Made by a program: the position numbers and the translations under genes. A stretch of DNA of 35,806 nucleotides from Octopus sinensis (lineage: Eukaryota). The notes under the pieces are model-generated. The model saw nothing but the letters and a program-made list of their open reading frames with translations. It made no database searches and was not told the origin of the DNA. Position 1 is the first letter of the stretch. The number at the start of each line of letters is the position of its first letter. Location: contig NW_021827524.1 of NCBI RefSeq assembly GCF_006345805.1, forward strand, positions 1 to 35,806, given 5' to 3'. Of this stretch, positions 1-10,405 are shown one piece after another.

Positions 1-63
1 TTGGTCGGAGATTTGGACACTACTCGCGTGTATATGCACACGCACACAGCTGTATATACATGC

Positions 64-104
64 ACTAGCACTATGACCCGGCAACGCCGGGTCATAGTGG
101 TAGT
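64..104 (+). mobile_element. Helitron-like 3' terminal hairpin (element probably extends left of the window)
   Basis: actagcactatgacccggc-aac-gccgggtcatagtggtagt forms a 19-bp stem with 1 mismatch. The core CCGGCAACGCCGGG resembles the hairpin of the Helitron at 33654-34039 and ends in (G)TAG-T, close to CTAG-T. Confidence 0.55.
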
Positions 105-119
105 ATTAGTATAAATATA

Positions 120-520
120 AAGCAGAATTGTTAGCTCACGGGCCAAATGCATAGCGGCATTTCGTTCACCTTCACATCCTGAGTTCGAATTCCACCTAGG
201 TCGACTTTCCCTTCGATATCGATAAAATAAGAACCAGTTGATCACTAGGGTCGATGTAATCAATTTATTGTATCTCTCAAAAGTCCGGTAGCCTTGTTCC
301 AAAATTTTAAAGCAATATTTACATAAATAAACATGCGGTTAGCTGGATGAATCGTTAGCACGCCGGAGAAAATGGTTTGGCGCCTTTCTTCTGGTTTTAC
401 TTTCTGCGTTGAAATTCCACCGAGGTCGAGTTTTCCGTTCGCGGTCGATGAGAGAAGAACCTTCTGAACACTACTGTTGATGTAATTAATTAGTTGCATT
501 TTTAAATTGCAGACCTTCTG
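120..520 (+). mobile_element. Two degenerate copies of tRNA-derived SINE family A
   Basis: Both carry gttagc...gaaatg...ggcatttc...gagttc(g)aattccacc...ggtcga...ggggtcgatgtaatc, matching the cleaner copy at 977. Confidence 0.7.
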
Positions 521-540
521 CCTGTATTAGAATGAATATT

Positions 541-940
541 CTTCTCTATTCTACACTAGGCATAAGCCCAAAATTTTGGGGAAGAGGGTCAGTCGATTAG
601 ATTGACCCCAGTGCGCAACTGGTACTGATTTATCGGTTCGAAAGGATGAAAAGCAAAGTCGATCGGCGGAATTTGAACTCAGAAACGTAAGGCAGACAAA
701 AAAAACCTTAAGCTTTTGCCTGGCGTGCTAACATTTCTGCCAGCTCACCCCTCTAAATACTGTGCATATTCGATTCTACCCTAGGCTCCAGTACGCAACT
801 GGTACTTAATTTAACGACTCTAAAAGGATGAAAGGCAAAGTCGACCTCGGCGGAATTTGAACTCAGAACGTAACGGCAGACGAAATAAGGCTACGCATTT
901 CGCCCGGTGTGCTAACGCTTCTGACAGCTCACCGCCTTTT
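541..940 (-). mobile_element. Two SINE family A copies within one apparent target-site duplication
   Basis: Reverse-complement matches to the 977 copy at about 541-750 and 785-940. Flanked by tattagaatgaatatt (525-540) and tataagaatgaatatt (941-956). Confidence 0.75.
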
Positions 941-976
941 TATAAGAATGAATATTGAAATAAATATATGTGCCAA

Positions 977-1506
977 GGCGGCGAGCTGGTAGAAACGTTA
1001 GCACGCCGGGCGAAATGCTGAACGGTATTTCGTCTGCCGCTACGTTCTGAGTTCAAATTCCCCCGAGGTCAACTTTGCCTTTATTCCTTTCGGGGTCGAT
1101 TAAATAAGTACCAATTACGCACTGAGGTCGATATAATCGACTTAGTACCTATGTCTGCCCTTGTTTGTCCCGTCTATGTTTAGCCCCTTGTGGGTAATAA
1201 AGAAATAGGTATTTCGTCTGCCGAGGTCGACTTTGCCTTTCATCCTTTCGGGGTCGATTAAATAAGTACCAGTTACGCACTGGGGTCGATATAATCGACT
1301 TAATCCGTTTGTCTGTCTTTATTTGTCCTCTCTGTGTCTAAACCCTTGTGGGTAGTAAAGAAATGGGTATTTCGTCTGCCGTTACGTTCTGAGTTCAAAT
1401 TCCGCCGAGGTCGACTTTGCCTTTCATCCTTTCGGGGTCGATGAATTGTCTGTCCGTGCTTGTACCCTCTGTGTGAAGTCCCTTGTGGACAGTAAAGAAA
1501 TAAGAA
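977..1506 (+). mobile_element. SINE family A with one tRNA-like head and three tandem body units
   Basis: Head ggcggcgagctggtagaaacgttagc with B-box-like gagttcaaattcc. The body ggtatttcgtctgccg...gtcgactttgcctttcatcctttcggggtcgat...cccttgtggg..aaagaaat is repeated three times, two units internally deleted. Confidence 0.85.
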
Positions 1507-1700
1507 TTGTTAACATGCCGGGCAAAATGCTTAGCGGCATTTCGCTCGTATCACGTTCTGAGTCCAAATACCGCTGAGGTTGATTTTACCTTTCATCCTT
1601 TCTGGGTCGATAAAATAAGTACTAATGTAACATTGGGGTCGATGTGATCGACTGATCCTACCACATTGAAAATTTTCTGGCCTTGTGCCAAAAATTGAGA
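1507..1700 (+). mobile_element. Degenerate SINE family A copy
   Basis: gccgggcaaaatgcttagcggcatttcg...tttcatcctttctgggtcgataaaataagtac...ggggtcgatgtgatcgact...ggccttgtgccaaaa. Confidence 0.75.
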
Positions 1701-1730
1701 TGATGTAATAATATATATATATTATGATAT

Positions 1731-1769
<39 letters not shown>

Positions 1770-1773
<4 letters not shown>

Positions 1774-2060
1774 TATTTAAGTAGACAAATGAATTATCTT
1801 ATTACGGATAATTCGAAAGATAACCGATACCTGGGTAGCAACTCACAACAGAAAAAGCACGGTTGAAGTTACGACATAGGGCATAAACTCCGTGCCTTAG
1901 TGCGGAAATTTGAACTTTATTTAATATATTAAGTATAGGAAAGAATGGAGCTGAGCGAAGATTTAACAAAATTCCTTTATTTTATTTTCGACATAGGTTC
2001 GAAATATGTTTCGAAAATAAAATAAGGGAATTTGTTAAATCTTCGTTCAGCTCCATTCTT

Positions 2061-2066
<6 letters not shown>
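1770..2066. mobile_element. Penelope pseudo-LTR-like fragment ending in a ~130-bp palindrome, between (TA)n tracts
   Basis: 1934-2066 is an imperfect palindrome. 1770-2000 is homologous to 4928-5155 (aaccgatacctgggtagcaa, cacggttgaag, aaagaatggag, gaagattt(t)aacaaaattccttta). The Penelope assignment is inference. Confidence 0.55.
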
Positions 2067-2114
<48 letters not shown>

Positions 2115-2345
2115 CATACATATATAGATAGATACATGGACACAAGTATATACGTATACCTAACTAAATGTATTACGTATGTGTCTGTCTTCTTTCTCTC
2201 TTTCTCTGCCTGTCCATTCGTCCATCTATCCATCCATCCACCCATGTCTATATCCTCTTCTTATCTGTTTCCCTCTCTCTCTTTCTCTCACACTAAGTAT
2301 GTATGTATGTATGTATGTATGTATGTATGTATGTATGTATGTATG

Positions 2346-2395
<50 letters not shown>

Positions 2396-2442
2396 CATAC
2401 ATATACACACACACATGTACACACCATATATATATATATATA
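2063..2442. repeat. Compound microsatellites (TA)n, (TATG)n, (TATC)n
   Basis: Directly visible. Confidence 0.9.
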
Positions 2443-2851
2443 TTTCTGCATCTAGCCGTTTCACTTAAATTCTTTATATTTGCTCTTTCGAGATATCCGT
2501 TGTATTTGCAGACATCAAAAAAAGAGAAAAAAAAAAAAAGAAAAATGAGAAGACAAAAATTAATGTCGGATTAAATCGTTTATCTGTTTGATACGCTACT
2601 TTTAATTCAAATTATCAAAATAATGTTTTCCATTTCAGTACAAAATAACTTTAAAAGAATTCGAATCTTATTACCTTTAGCAAAATATTTTCGTTTATAA
2701 AGAGTTGATTTTTATTCGATGCATTTTAGTTGAGAAACTTGCTGAAGGGCCGTCTTCCTCAATAAAATCCTTGGAAATAATTTTTCTAATATTATTTAAC
2801 TAATAGCGTTTGTTTCAGAAACATTTCATTTCAAATGCTATTATCTTGTAT

Positions 2852-2962
2852 AGGCGCAGCCGGGGCTGTGAGATAAGGGGCTTGCTTCTCAACCACAAGG
2901 TTCCGGGTTCAGTCCCTTGTAAGTGGATTTGGTAGACGGAAACTGAAAAGAAGCCTATCGTA
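2852..2962 (+). mobile_element. Internally deleted 5' half of SINE family C
   Basis: ggcgcag...ggctgtg...ggttccgggttcagtccc...gtggatttggtagacggaaactgaaa, followed by (TA)n. Confidence 0.75.
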
Positions 2963-2977
2963 TATATATATATATAA

Positions 2978-3024
<47 letters not shown>

Positions 3025-3065
3025 CATGTGTATATATATATATTATATATATATATATATAATTA

Positions 3066-3267
3066 TATATGATAGACCGTTAGCTCCTACACGCATTTTT
3101 TTCTCTCCTTGTTTCTCTCCTTGTTTTTTTTCTGTGTATCTTTCTGTTGAAGAGCGTAGGCTCGAAACGTAAAAGACTTTTTCTATTCCTGAGCGCCATA
3201 CTAATACATTTGTTTGTTTGTACTCCACCTGCCTTCGTCTTTTGTTTATTTTCGTAAACCTTCCCGT

Positions 3268-3268
<1 letters not shown>
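3066..3268 (+). mobile_element. Short (TA)n-embedded HHR-bearing element related to the 8923-9351 arms
   Basis: Flanked by (TA)n. Shares gaagagc..gctcgaaacgt and cctgagcg with 9145-9351. Confidence 0.6.
3139..3176 (+). ncRNA. Minimal type I hammerhead ribozyme variant (CUGUUGA core)
   Basis: UCUUU-CUGUUGA-aGAGCguagGCUC-GAAACGUA-AAAGA: 5-bp stem I (UCUUU/AAAGA), 4-bp stem II, palindromic ACGU stem III, GUA triplet. A6 is replaced by U. Confidence 0.55.
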
Positions 3269-3301
<33 letters not shown>

Positions 3302-3386
3302 ACTGTTCTGTGATGCTAATTTCCGCGAAAAAAGTACTCCATCTGGTGAGAGATAAATATTATTTAATAGACACAATCTGTTTTTA

Positions 3387-3443
3387 CGTGCTACTAAAAG
3401 TTTCATATGTTGGAAAATACCTCAAACATGTTCATCAGGCACA
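3387..3443 (-). ncRNA. Type I hammerhead ribozyme
   Basis: Minus strand UGUGC-CUGAUGA-AcAUGUU(ugagguauuuucc)AACAUaU-GAAACUuuuAGUA-GCACG: intact core, stem I UGUGC/GCACG, stem III ACU/AGU. Predicted cleavage after GUA at position 3392. Confidence 0.75.
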
Positions 3444-3705
3444 AACCAATATTATAAAGAATATAAGTGAGTGAAAATACGCGAAAATTTGAGAAGGAAG
3501 CATATAGAAAACGTGGAAGTTTAAAAACGGAAAACGAATAAATAAAAAGTAAAAAAATGTAAAAGAGTTATCCGCCTTTGGCCTTAAGTGAATCAAATAA
3601 ATGTAAGCTATGTTTAGCACAAAGAGCTCGGATCCTTTTCAGATCTAAAATCCCTAAGTCACGACTGAACTCTAGGTCTGAAATTTTCAGCGATTGTCAA
3701 CATAT

Positions 3706-4113
3706 GCGCAGGAGTGGCTGTGTGGTAAGTAGCTTGCTTACCAACCACATGGTTCCGGGTTCAGTCCCACTGCGTGGCACCTTGGGCAAGTGTCTTCTAC
3801 TATAGCCTCGGGCCGACCAAAGCCTTGTGCGTGGACTTGGTAGACGGAAACTGAAAGAAGCCTGTCGTATATATGTATATATATATGTATGTGCGTATAT
3901 GTATGTGTGTGTCTGTGTTTGTCCCCCTAGCATTGCTTGACAACCGATACTGGTGTGCTTACGTCCCCGTAACTTAGCGGTTCGGCAAAAAAGAGCCCGA
4001 TAGAATAAGTACTAGGCTTACAAAGAATAAATCCCGGTGTCGATCTGTTCGACTAAAGGCGGTACTCCAGCATGGCCGCAGTCAAATGACTGAAACAAGT
4101 AAAAGAAAGCGAG
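3706..4113 (+). mobile_element. Full-length SINE family C (tRNA head, internal TA/TG microsatellite)
   Basis: A-box tggctgtgtggtaag, B-box ggttcagtccc, CORE-like ccttgggcaagtg, 3' end ggccgcagtcaaatgactgaaacaagtaaaaga. Many copies in the window. Confidence 0.92.
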
Positions 4114-4184
4114 TGTATATGTGTAAGTACATTTTCAAGAATTGGAAACTTCCATCTATAACTGATTACTTGTTGATATATTTA

Positions 4185-4425
4185 CAGCTTTATAATTTAA
4201 GGTCTAAGGGAGATAACTCTTTTATCTTTTACAATTTTTACTTTCGCATTCTTCGTTTTCCGTTTTCCGTTTTTAACCTTCCACGCTTTCTATATACTTC
4301 CTTCTCAACTTTTAGCGTTTCTCCTCTCATTTAATTTTTAGTTTGTTATGATATGTGGTTTATGCTTGTTAAATGTGTTTGAGGTATTTCTCAACACATG
4401 AAGCTAGCCCATAAAAGCATGTAAT
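4185..4425 (+). repeat. Diverged inverted copy of about 3390-3600, with a decayed hammerhead
   Basis: gataactctttta...ttccgtttttaa..ttccacg..ttctata..cttccttctcaa...tgtttgaggtattt is the reverse complement of the 3390-3600 segment. Confidence 0.75.
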
Positions 4426-4449
4426 GTATCTATTATATATATATATGTA

Positions 4450-4864
4450 GGCGCAGGAGTGGCTGTGTGGTAAGTAGCTTATTTACCAACCACATGGTTC
4501 CGGGTTCAGTCCCACTGCATGACAACTTGGGCAAGTGTCTTCTACTATAGCCTCGGGCCGACCAAAGCCCTGTGAGTGGATTTGGTAGACGGAAACTGAA
4601 AGAATCCCGTCGTATATATGTATATATATATGAGTGTATGTGTGTCTGTGTTTGTCCCCCTAGCATTGCTTGACAACCGATGCTGGTGTGTTTATGTCCC
4701 CGTCACTTAGCAGTTCGGCAAAAGAGACCGATAGAATAAGTACTGGGCTTACAAAAGAATAAGTCCCGGGATCGAATGCTCGATTAAAGGCGGTGCTCCA
4801 GCATGGCCGCAGGCAAATGACTGAAACAAGTAAAAGAGTAAAGAGTAAAGAGTAAAAAAGAGTA
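4450..4864 (+). mobile_element. Full-length SINE family C
   Basis: Colinear with 3706-4113 and ends in an (aaagagt)n tail. Confidence 0.92.
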
Positions 4865-4869
4865 TATAT

Positions 4870-4923
<54 letters not shown>

Positions 4924-4927
4924 ATAT

Positions 4928-5155
4928 ATTTAAGTAGGTGAATAAATTATCCTAGCATGGAAAATTCGGTTAACCGATACCTGGGTAGCAAATTCACGTC
5001 AGAAAACACGGTTGAAGCGACCTGTTAAGGGTAGAAACTCGGGTTCTTGTGTGGAAATTGTGTGTTTTTTATATGAATAAATGAAAGAATGGAGTCGAAC
5101 GAAGATTTTAACAAAATTCCTTTACTCTCGACACATGTTTCGACGACGGCATATA
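4928..5155. mobile_element. Penelope pseudo-LTR-like fragment between (TA)n tracts
   Basis: Homologous to 1770-2000. Carries the HHR 3' half GAAACAUGUGUC on the minus strand (5130-5141). Confidence 0.55.
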
Positions 5156-5157
<2 letters not shown>

Positions 5158-5234
<77 letters not shown>

Positions 5235-5276
5235 GATAGATAGATAGCTAGATAGATAGATAGATAGATAGATAGC

Positions 5277-5326
<50 letters not shown>

Positions 5327-5372
5327 TTATAGATGTGTGTGTCTGTTTGTATGTGTGTGTGTGTGTGTGTGT

Positions 5373-5418
<46 letters not shown>

Positions 5419-5425
5419 TGTGTGT
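5158..5425. repeat. Compound microsatellite (TA)n-(GATA)n-(TG)n
   Basis: Directly visible. Confidence 0.95.
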
Positions 5426-5680
5426 TCCCTTGTGTTTGTGCTTGTATTCCCATCACTGCATGACAACCTGTTAAGGTAATGTTTACGTCTCCGAAATCTA
5501 GCGGTTCATCAAACGACATCGATAGAATAAGTAAGAGGCTTTAAGAAAATAAGAATAATGGCGTCGATTCATTCTTCAAGATTCATTCAAGATTCGTCGA
5601 TTCATTCTTCATTCTTCGACGAAAATTCTTCAAGAAAGTGCTTCAGCATCGTCGGTCTAAGGAGTGAAACAAGAGGAAGA
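5426..5680 (+). mobile_element. Degenerate 3' half of SINE family C
   Basis: tgacaacc...gtttacgtctccgaaatctagcggttc...gatagaataagta...gtgcttcagcat...tgaaacaag. Confidence 0.6.
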
Positions 5681-5999
5681 TATATGCAGGCTGCGACGGT
5701 AAATCCTCTTGTGGTTAATTCGGCCATCGACGGGGTGTTATTAAAGCTAAAATGGTGGTAAATGTGCCGTCCTCAAGTTTTACTGTTTGTAGTTTTAGTT
5801 ACCACCAGTTTTTGTCCAATCTACAAAAGCTACTGAGTATCTAAGTAATGATACTGCCCAAGTATTTAAAGCCTTCACTAGATTCGGACTATTTAGCTTT
5901 GACTTCATTAACTTTCTCACCTTTCTGATGTACTCCTCAATTTTCGTTTTCAATTCTATAGCTAGTACTCTGTTATATTCTAATACTCCTTATAATTCT

Positions 6000-6444
6000 C
6001 GTTTAGCGTCACGCCGATCAGGTCAATGTGCCTGTGACTCGACACTATCACGGTGACGTCGTCGGCATAGGCAGATACGCTGTTTCCACCTCCCAGATCA
6101 CACGGGATGCCCCTCAAAGCCTCCAACTACGCAGTAATGACTCGAGAGTCAATACGTACAGGAGGGAGGAGAGAGTGCATCCTTGGCGAACCAAATGCGA
6201 GATGTCAAACGACTCCGAAAGGTGACCGTTTACCCGTATCACCGAGCAGATGTTGCTGTACAAAGCAGCGATCCACCCGCGGAAGACTGGACGGAAACCG
6301 GCTGCCTTGAGAACAGCTGCCAGGTATTGATGGTCGACCCTATCGAAGGCTTTACTCTGATCTAAATTGATCAAAGCCCCACCCACGCCAGCTTCGTTAC
6401 CCACCCGCTCTATGATATAGCGCATGAGATGGAGATTATCGTGT
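6000..6444 (-). pseudogene. Non-LTR retrotransposon RT fragment, L1/Tx1-like
   Basis: Translation has LINLDQSKAFDRVDHQYL, VRQGCTLSSLLYVL and, after a frameshift, SAYADDVTV (RT motifs). Confidence 0.88.
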
Positions 6445-6550
6445 TAGATCTATTCTCAGGGGACACACTCATAGGAAAAGTTAATATCTAAAGAGGAATT
6501 TCCCAGAGGGACTCGTTGTCCCCTTTAATATTTGTCTTATGTCTGATCCC
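6445..6550 (+). repeat. Inverted duplication of 6837-6942 (RT segment of the R4/Dong-like fragment)
   Basis: Near-exact reverse complement; encodes RGISQRDSLSPLIFVLCLIP on the + strand. Confidence 0.85.
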
Positions 6551-7252
6551 CTTATAACTCTCTCCTCCTTTCAATGATTTTAATGTCTGGCCATCTGGTA
6601 ATTGGATGCCTTCACTGTTGACTATTTGTCCCCTTCTCATGACTAATATTGCACACTTATCTTCGACGAATTTCATGCCTATATCTTTGCTACGGTCTGT
6701 ATTAAGGAATCTACCTCTTTTTCATTCGTATTAAAAAGCTTCAGATCATCCATAAAGAGCAAATGGTTAATTTTACCCTTACTATTTCTGAACTGATACC
6801 CTGCCTTTGCCTTCCTTAATACTAAACTGGGGGGGGGGGGATCAGACATAAGACAAATATTAAAGGGGACAACGATCCCTCTGGAAAATTCCTCTTTAGA
6901 TATTAACTTTTCCAAAGAGTGTGTCCCCTGAGAATAAATCTACTTTTCATTTCTTCATGCTAAAGCTTATCAATTCTCTGATGTTATTTGCTATACTGAA
7001 CATACTTAAGCATTCCCTTATCCATGAATGTAGGATCATGTCATAGACTTTCCTATAATCTATCCATGCTATTGTTAGATTTTTCTTTCTAGTTTTTACT
7101 TCATTTAGAACTGCTTTGTCTATATTTAATGGATCGTGCGTTCCTCTAGCTTTCTTTCTGCAGCTTTGCTGTTTTCTGGTGGTAAATTCTGGTTCTCAAG
7201 GTGCTCGTAAATGCTTTCTTAAAGTATTGTTGTTAACAGTTTCCACATTATT
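6551..7252 (-). pseudogene. Non-LTR retrotransposon RT fragment, R4/Dong-like
   Basis: MWKLLTTIL...CRKKARGT...AWIDYRKVYDMILHSWI...INHLLFMDDLKLF...GMKFVEDKCA, with stops and frameshifts. Confidence 0.85.
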
Positions 7253-7278
7253 ATCGTCGTCGTCGTTGTTGTTGTTGT

Positions 7279-8372
7279 TCAAGTTTTTTCTAGATGGTGA
7301 ACAGGTGTGGTCGTCTTTTGTCAGACGCGACTTCCCGCAGCTCGTCTCTTTAACAGAGCTGCAGTCTTGGATCAAAAGCAGACCGAGAAAGGGCGCTTGG
7401 CACCTAGAGTGCCGTCAAGTTCTCTCCGCCCTCCACAAGGCGGGCAATGCGATCGGCAGTAGTTCCACTCTAGCGTTCTATAGAGGGTTAGTGTAAGAAA
7501 AGTGCGACGACGTTCTCCGGGTAACTCTAGGCGTTGACGATAACGAGCTAAACAGTCTGTTCGGAAGAACTTTCGGGCCGGGGCCAATGGATAATTTCCA
7601 AAGGTCCCTCGCCAGGCAGTGCTACCGAGGGGCTATGCCTGCTCGGAATAAACTCAACCAGCACGGAAGTGCCGTCAGCCGGGCCTGCCCGAGGTGCGTC
7701 CAGGACAACGAAACCGTTCTGCACGCACTCGTCCAGTGCCCGAGTATTGCTGACCTGTGGGTTTATGTTGAACAGCAACTGTCGCGTATAGGATGGATCC
7801 GGCTAGCAGCTGAATCCATAGTGAAGATTGCCTCGCCGACCTCCTTTAACCGGGAGGGCAAGGCAGTTTTCCTTTGCCTAGTGGCTTTAGCGAAAGAGGT
7901 GATATGGTGGACCCGTTTGAAAGGGCTAAGGTCAGACACTTTCCTCTTTGGCCAAGGCCTCATCAACTTTTTCAAGTTTCACTTGAAAAGGAAGATGAGA
8001 GTAGAGAGGGAAGTGCTGTCTCGCAGAAATTTCATTGAAAGGTGGGTGAATGTCGCAAGAATGGCCAGTATGAGTGGACCAATTCTGAGGGTACACCTGT
8101 AAAAAAGAAAAGGTATTACAAAAAGAGAAAGGAGCTCTCTACCCCACTTTTGACCAGGCTCCCGTGGGTTTTATGGTTTTTTCCACGAGTAACCTTTCGA
8201 AGCGCCTTCCCCTATTGAGAGTTTTAATTGTTACATATTTTTGTTGTTATTTCACATTTTTACACAGACTTTTTTTCAAACGGACAAAACCCTTTTGTAA
8301 CTTTCGTCTTGTATTTTGGCCCTACATGTTTTAATTGATTTTTGTTAGCCCTTGTGGCCAATAAACGAATTA
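7279..8372 (+). mobile_element. 3' portion of an L1/Tx1-like LINE (CCHC zinc knuckle, 3' UTR, polyadenylation signal)
   Basis: ORF 7587-8102 contains CPRCVQDNETVLHALVQC (CX2CX8HX4C, zf-RVT-like). T-rich UTR and aataaa near 8360 precede the (ATC/ATT)n tail. Confidence 0.85.
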
Positions 8373-8418
8373 ATTATCATCATCATCATCATCATCATTA
8401 TTATTATTATTATTATTA

Positions 8419-8484
<66 letters not shown>

Positions 8485-8507
8485 CATCATCATCATCATT
8501 ATTATTA
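8373..8507. repeat. (ATC)n/(ATT)n trinucleotide tract
   Basis: Directly visible; probable tail or target of the LINE. Confidence 0.95.
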
Positions 8508-9025
8508 TGCAGTGCAGCGGTTGAACGCTCTTTGATCTGCAAATAATTCTCAGCCTTGTTGAATGTCCCATCGACAAAACAATACCAGGCCTTGTGAAAA
8601 AAATTGCAGTCCTCTTACAGTGAATTATTAATTTGGTGTCAGACAGTTGAAGAGAAATCCGAAGCAGCCATTCCTTACGTTGCGTGTGTCAGTTCAATGA
8701 ATGAATAGAATAGATTCGTTGTTTGTAATCAAATTTTTACAGGCGACAAATTCGTAGGGTCTTCAGAGCGTTAGATAGAATTTCTTACTTCATTTGTTCC
8801 CACTTAGCTCAAACCCTATGGGCATTAGTGATTGTCCTTCATTCTATCGACCAGTTACACAAGATTTCCAGTTTATTCTGCTATATATATGTACGCATGC
8901 GTGCTTATATACATCTATATAAAGTTAATCCAAACATGAAAACACAAAGAGAAAACACAACAACGCGAGGACGTGGAACACATATAGTATTATTGGACGC
9001 ACAGGAAAGGAAAGAATAAAAGAGG

Positions 9026-9060
9026 ATTTAACGTTTCGAGCGGAGCTCTTCGTCAGAAAC
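9026..9060 (-). ncRNA. Minimal type I hammerhead ribozyme
   Basis: GUUU-CUGACGA-aGAGCuccGCUC-GAAACGUU-AAAU: intact core, stem I GUUU/AAAU, palindromic ACGU stem III. Confidence 0.62.
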
Positions 9061-9213
9061 ATAGGAAAAGGGAAGATCAAAAAGAAGGGAAGACGGAGGG
9101 AAAAAAATCGCCAACGGTACACACGCGGTTACACATATATATATGTGACCGCGTGTGTATCGTTGGCGATTTTTTCCTCCGTTTTCCCTTCCTTGGATCT
9201 TTCCTTTACCTAT

Positions 9214-9249
9214 GATTCTGACGAAGAGCTTCGCTCGAAACGTTTAATC
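9214..9249 (+). ncRNA. Minimal type I hammerhead ribozyme
   Basis: GAUU-CUGACGA-aGAGCuucGCUC-GAAACGUU-uAAUC: intact core, stem I register shifted by 1 nt. Confidence 0.55.
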
Positions 9250-9404
9250 CTCTTTTATTCTTTCCTTTCCTGAGCGTTCAATAACACTATCCTTGTTCCA
9301 CGTCCTCGCGTTGTTGTGCTTTCTCTTTTTGTTTTCATGTTTGGATTGACTATATATATATATATATATATATGCAGACTGAAGATTGAAACACATCACC
9401 ATAT

Positions 9405-9800
9405 GGATGGATGGAAGCACTCCGTCGGTTACGACGATGAGGGTTCCGGTCGATCCGAATCAACGGAACAGCCTGCTCGTGAAATTAACGTGTAAGTGGC
9501 TGAGCACCCCACAGAAACGTGTACTCTTAACTTAGTTCTCGGGGATATTCAGCGTGACACAGAGAGTGACAAGGCCGGCCCCTTGAAATACAGGTACAAC
9601 AGAAACAGGAAGTAAGAGTGAGAGAAAGTTGTGGTGAAAGAGTACAGCAGGGATCGCCCCCCCCCCCATACCGGAGCCTCGTGGAGAATTAGGTGCTTTC
9701 GCTCAATAAACACTCACAACGCCCGGTCTGGGAATCGAAATAGCGATCCTATGACCGCGAGTCCGCTGCCCTAACCACTGGGCCATTGCGCCCCCAGTAA
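9405..9800 (-). mobile_element. Full-length tRNA-derived SINE family B with 12-bp TSD
   Basis: Minus-strand head ggcgcaatggcccagtggttagggcagcggactcgcggtc...tttcgattccc. TSD acatcaccatat at 9393-9404 and 9801-9812. Near-identical to 22141-22527. Confidence 0.92.
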
Positions 9801-9812
9801 ACATCACCATAT

Positions 9813-10405
9813 ACACACACACACACACAATTCATTTCACACAAGGACACATATGAAGACACACGTCCATGCATATGGAGATACACATCCATACATACAG
9901 ATACCGTACATGGTCACAAAAACCCATACACGCAGACATGCTCACACAAGCAGACAGAGTTACACACACATAAAAACACACAAACACATGAATATGCAGA
10001 ATAACATACATGCAAACATACACACATACATATATACATATGCACACACACATACATACATGCATACATACACATCCGTACATGCATATATACATATATA
10101 CATACACACATACACACATACATACATATATACATACACACATACACACATACATACATATATACATACACACATACATACATATATACATACACACATA
10201 CACACATACATACATATATACATACACACATACATACATATATACATACACACATACATACATACATACATACATATGCACACACACATACATACATGCA
10301 TACATACACATCCGTACATGCATATATACATATATACATACACACATACATACATACATACATAAGTACGCGAACACACACTGACGCACACGCATGCGCA
10401 CAAAC
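9813..10405. repeat. Degenerate (CA)/(CATA) microsatellite
   Basis: Directly visible; includes an internal ~75-bp duplication at 10041 and 10277. Confidence 0.9.

Larger units (their letters stand above)
8923..9351. mobile_element. Fold-back element: ~210-bp inverted arms around (AT)5, each arm with a minimal HHR (Penelope pseudo-LTR-like)
   Basis: 8923-9134 is the diverged reverse complement of 9145-9351. Flanked by TA-rich tracts. Confidence 0.8.

Noticed and set aside
9379-9400. CTGAAGA-tt-GAAAC motif
   Set aside because: No stem II or stem I; probably chance.
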